DNA of 64,000 nucleotides from Massalongia carnosa (taxonomy: Eukaryota): assembly GCA_965645245.1 (NCBI GenBank), contig OZ287077.1, positions 868,001-932,000 on the forward strand, written 5' to 3'. This document shows positions 60,367 through 64,000 of the stretch, one piece after another. The translations under genes were made by a program, and so were the position numbers. How positions within the stretch are numbered: position 1 is the stretch's first letter; the number at the start of each line of letters is the position of its first letter. Under the pieces are notes generated by a model. That model did not search any database. It saw only the letters and a list, made by a program, of their open reading frames with translations, and had not been told where the DNA came from.

Positions 60367-62418
60367 ATGGGTCAACGACATCAACTGTTCGTGATTGCCA
60401 AAATTGCTGGCCGTTATCGTACTCTCTGTGTTATCCATCATCAATGGCTCTATGGTGCTACGGCTCTCAAATGCTGCCTGCAATTGGGGAAGATCTTCCA
60501 AGCAGAGGAGAATAGAATCCCACTCCAGCAAGAACTGATTGCGGCACGGAGCAAGGACGAGTCCTTCTGGTGTCAAAAGGTAGACTATAGATCATCTAGC
60601 CGCTATAGTTTCCCATACATCCTCACCTGTCTCATCCATGGAGCCTCGTTCAGCGCGAAAAGAGGCTATTACCATCAGGTTCAGGTCGAGCCATTTAACT
60701 TGGAATTCGACGGCGGTGATAACAACAATGGCATCACCATCCTAGACATAACTGAATTAAATTCTGTCCGCTACTGCTTTGTCGACTTTCAGGGCATGGA
60801 AAGCGCGAGAGAGGTTCAATTGATGAGCCCTCTCTCTGCCGCCGATTACCTGTGGGCATACTATGACAAGGATGATAGTAAATCTCAAGAGCAATTCGGA
60901 ACCCTTGTTGAAGAACTCATGGCATGGCCACTGGTGGATGTTGACAGCCTAAGCAGTACCTGGCCCTCGGGTGACTGGAAGCATAACACTGAAGATGTGG
61001 AAAGCAGCGATGTCGTTCATGATACCCTGACAGCGCCGTCCGGTCAACCCACCTCTCTCCGGACCTCTGCCATGGATACTTTAGTGCGAGAAATGCTTAA
61101 ACAGTCCGAACCGGATTTGGTTTTGTTATCCGAAGCAGAGCTCCTTTCCGACTTTACGGCCAAGTTGCGGCTCAAACTTGACGAATACGCCGATGAGCTG
61201 AAATCATCGTCAGCAAGTTTACAGATTGTGCGCAAGGTCCTTAAACAATCACCAGGGTTCAATCTTGGGCTGCTTCACAAGTTCGGGATCGAGGACCTGT
61301 GCAAGCTAATCTCGGAGCTTCAGAGCGAACAAAAGGTGACGTTGTTAAACATTTCAAGTTCTCCGGTCATCAACGAGGGTGGTCTTCGAAAGATCCTTCA
61401 GATTACCCCGGATCTAAAGAAGTTATATCTGATGGAGACCCCTAATCTTCCAATTCATTCTGTGCTAGCTCAGCTTCAGAGTTGTTCTGTCACGCTGGAG
61501 GACCTTTATCACTCCGATCTATTCCTCCGACCTCTGAAATCGCTCGAATCACGCAAGTATGACGATGGGCTCAAGTTTCCAGTTGGGACCAAGACGAGAA
61601 GCCCCGTCGTGGAGCTGCTTTGGGTTGCAGCCGGGGTCAAGGGGCTTCGTCAGAAAGCGCAACAGTCCGATGGACGGATTGACTGGGGGTTGGTTTCAAA
61701 TATTATAGATAAAGAAGAATTCCGTGGCTGGAACTATGGAGCTTTTCCTTTAGACGACGTTTTTCTTTCGCCAAGGAAGCTCGTCACCGGACTTCTGAGT
61801 TTCGCTAACTACATTCTACACGAAGACGGGTATTCTACCAATATATCAGATTTTGCAAAGGCAGCGGCCTTTTCGTTTTCAATGGCACCAGCGCGCGTCC
61901 CCGGGTCTGGACACATGATCTCGCCAATACCTTCGCGCCTTTGGTGGTCTAGCCATGTTATCGCCAGGCGGGAAGGGTGGTCGCTTTCAAGTATGCGCCA
62001 TTTAAGGCCTGGCGACTGGGCAATTGTGATCTTGCACAGAAAGATTAGCCTTGGAGAAAAGGATGAAGGAGATCCAAGGTTCGAGTATGCCTTCATTACC
62101 CCTCGGAATGCCGGCTCCAGCGGGTCGGGTCCTGGATTTTTAATCATGGACATAAGGTCTTTCCTCGTAGAGATAACGGACGCTACTGAAACGAAGCAGT
62201 TGACAAAACATTGGGAGCGCACCCTGGGTGACAACAGTGTCATTCACCCATGTGACGAGCATGACGTACAGGGTATGATACGCTCGCTCTTTACCAAAAA
62301 GCCCGATCCGCCAAAGAAAGCTGGCAGTGATGGCGGCCAGCCTACGGAGAATTCCAGGCTAGAAGCAGGCATAGTCTCACTTAAAGGTGATAATACCGGT
62401 GAAGATCCAGCTCCTTGA
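60367..62418 (+). CDS. Hypothetical fungal protein with a few LRR-like repeats
   Basis: Long ORF from MGQRHQLFVIAKI; motifs HHQWLYG and DNNNGITILDIT; LKKLYLMETPNL LRR-like segment. Confidence 0.75.
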   Translation: MGQRHQLFVIAKIAGRYRTLCVIHHQWLYGATALKCCLQLGKIFQAEENRIPLQQELIAARSKDESFWCQKVDYRSSSRYSFPYILTCLIHGASFSAKRGYYHQVQVEPFNLEFDGGDNNNGITILDITELNSVRYCFVDFQGMESAREVQLMSPLSAADYLWAYYDKDDSKSQEQFGTLVEELMAWPLVDVDSLSSTWPSGDWKHNTEDVESSDVVHDTLTAPSGQPTSLRTSAMDTLVREMLKQSEPDLVLLSEAELLSDFTAKLRLKLDEYADELKSSSASLQIVRKVLKQSPGFNLGLLHKFGIEDLCKLISELQSEQKVTLLNISSSPVINEGGLRKILQITPDLKKLYLMETPNLPIHSVLAQLQSCSVTLEDLYHSDLFLRPLKSLESRKYDDGLKFPVGTKTRSPVVELLWVAAGVKGLRQKAQQSDGRIDWGLVSNIIDKEEFRGWNYGAFPLDDVFLSPRKLVTGLLSFANYILHEDGYSTNISDFAKAAAFSFSMAPARVPGSGHMISPIPSRLWWSSHVIARREGWSLSSMRHLRPGDWAIVILHRKISLGEKDEGDPRFEYAFITPRNAGSSGSGPGFLIMDIRSFLVEITDATETKQLTKHWERTLGDNSVIHPCDEHDVQGMIRSLFTKKPDPPKKAGSDGGQPTENSRLEAGIVSLKGDNTGEDPAP

Positions 62419-62835
62419 AAAGGTTACAAAGACTTATGGAAGCGTTGGCCTGCCTCGAGCTTCTCCATAGATAAAGTAGCTAAAGCACTGCAGTTAATAA
62501 CTAGCTTAGACAGCCTTACCAGTTATAGATTATGATAGGGTCAATATTTTCATGCATGATGAATTTTATGTGCTCCCCCAAATGCGAAAGATACTTGCCT
62601 GTGAGCTTGAAGCTCATAAGAGTCCAATCAGGGAGCTCACCTTTCAAATGACGAAAAGTGGCCCGACGAGAAGCCGAAGCGGAAATGCGCTCCAACATTA
62701 TTACTCCACCCTCCCTCATGAGCATTATCCTCGTCATTACCCCCCGGCGCTAATACCATCCCCCCACTACCAATCCCCGCACTAAAACAACCAACCCACC
62801 AACGAACCAACCAAATCCCTCTCAAACCCCCTCAA

Positions 62836-63821
62836 ATGTCCACCCGCCGCGGCGTCGGCCTCTCGGCCTTCCATAACCACAGCTCGGTCTCCACCTCGTA
62901 CGCCACGCACGGGGCATCCCTCCGCAGCACGCACCTCTCCGCCCTGCGTACGCAACTCTCCGTCTTCCAGTCCCAGCTGCATGCCTTCGCTCTGCAACAC
63001 GCCGACGCGATTCGCTCGCAGCCCGCCTTCCGTGCCGAGTTCACGCGCATGTGCGACGCCATCGGCGTCGATCCCCTGGCTGCGAGAGTCAGCGACGCGA
63101 ATCTCGAGAAGCGACCGGAGGGGGGGGGGGGGGGGAGGAGGAGGGGGGGGGTGGTGGGGGGGCGGTGGAAGTGGTGGTGGTGGAGGGGGGCTTTTGTTGG
63201 CAGCGGCGGGGAAGAGGAGAAGGAGCAGGTGGGGGCAGGGAAAGGGAGGAGGGGAGGCCGGGGATTTGCAGCTGAGGCTGGCGATGCGCGTGGTGGAGAT
63301 TTGTCGAAGGGGCAGGGCCGAGAATGGTGGATTGTTGGCTGTGGGCGAGTGTCGGGAAATGGTCAAGAGCCGGCAGGCGATTGGTGGTGAGGCGGAGGTT
63401 ACCGAGTACGTTTCCCCTACCTCCCTCTGCACGCTAGTCTTCGCCATAGTGGGGCGTTATCGGGAAAAAAAGAGCTGATTCCGTGGTTCCCTCCTTGGTT
63501 TTGCCTTGCAGCGAAGATATCCTGCAGGCGGTGGAATCGCTCCGCCCGCTCGGCTCGGGCTTCTCGATCGTGACGGTCGGCAGCCGGCAGATGATCCGGT
63601 CGATTCCCAAGGAGCTTGGTACCGATCAGGCGACGGGGCTAGAGGCTATCCAGGCGCTTGGCTTCATCACGGCGCGCATGCTGGAGAATAATCTTGGGTG
63701 GGAGCATGAGCGGGCGGAGACGGTGTTGGAGGATCTGTTGGCGGACTCGCTGGTGTGGGTGGATCTTCAGACGGAGCAGAGGGAATACTGGGCGCCACCT
63801 ACGGACACCGGGGAGGACTGA
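62836..63821 (+). CDS. SNF8: ESCRT-II subunit Snf8/Vps22, with apparent frameshift in a poly-G tract
   Basis: RRGVGLSAF, LRTQLSVFQSQL, FRAEFTRMCDAIGVDPLA, LAMRVVEIC...NGGLL, EDILQAVESLRPLGSGF, IRSIPKEL, LVWVDLQ; intron near 63406-63510. Confidence 0.92.
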
Positions 63822-64000
63822 GATGAGGGTTTAAGAGGTTGTTGGTATAGTGAAAAATGCATTCATTCGTGTAGGCTTACATACTTTCCTGTCCATATGT
63901 TTCCAGCCAGCTCGGCGATTTAAGGCGCTACAGAGCAGTGCCCCTTGCCTAATCAAAGGTATCCGTCGACAGCCGCAGCTCGCAAACGCTAGACCCTCAA

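Overview
Gene-dense eukaryotic DNA from a filamentous ascomycete (Pezizomycotina-type short GT-AG introns with CTRAY branch sites). Housekeeping genes: CYC3, a CQD1/ADCK2-like ABC1 kinase, a DExH RNA helicase, ARP6, RPL13, eIF4G, POL1, RPL7 (with an intronic C/D snoRNA) and SNF8/VPS22. There are also LRR, GCIP-like, CENP-P-like, HeLo-like/TPR/ankyrin and unknown proteins. Mobile DNA: a head-to-tail pair of Helitron-family elements (one non-autonomous and filled with a 23-bp tandem array; one internally deleted Rep/Hel copy carrying a solo LTR) and a complete but inactivated pogo-like DNA transposon next to POL1. The most striking observation is a tRNA-Ala(CGC) gene (15221-15352, minus). It has an ordinary anticodon-loop intron plus a 50-nt GTAAGA...TAG insertion between tRNA positions 9 and 10 that looks like a spliceosomal intron. 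All calls are from reading the sequence by eye. No searches were run, and exon boundaries are approximate unless stated.
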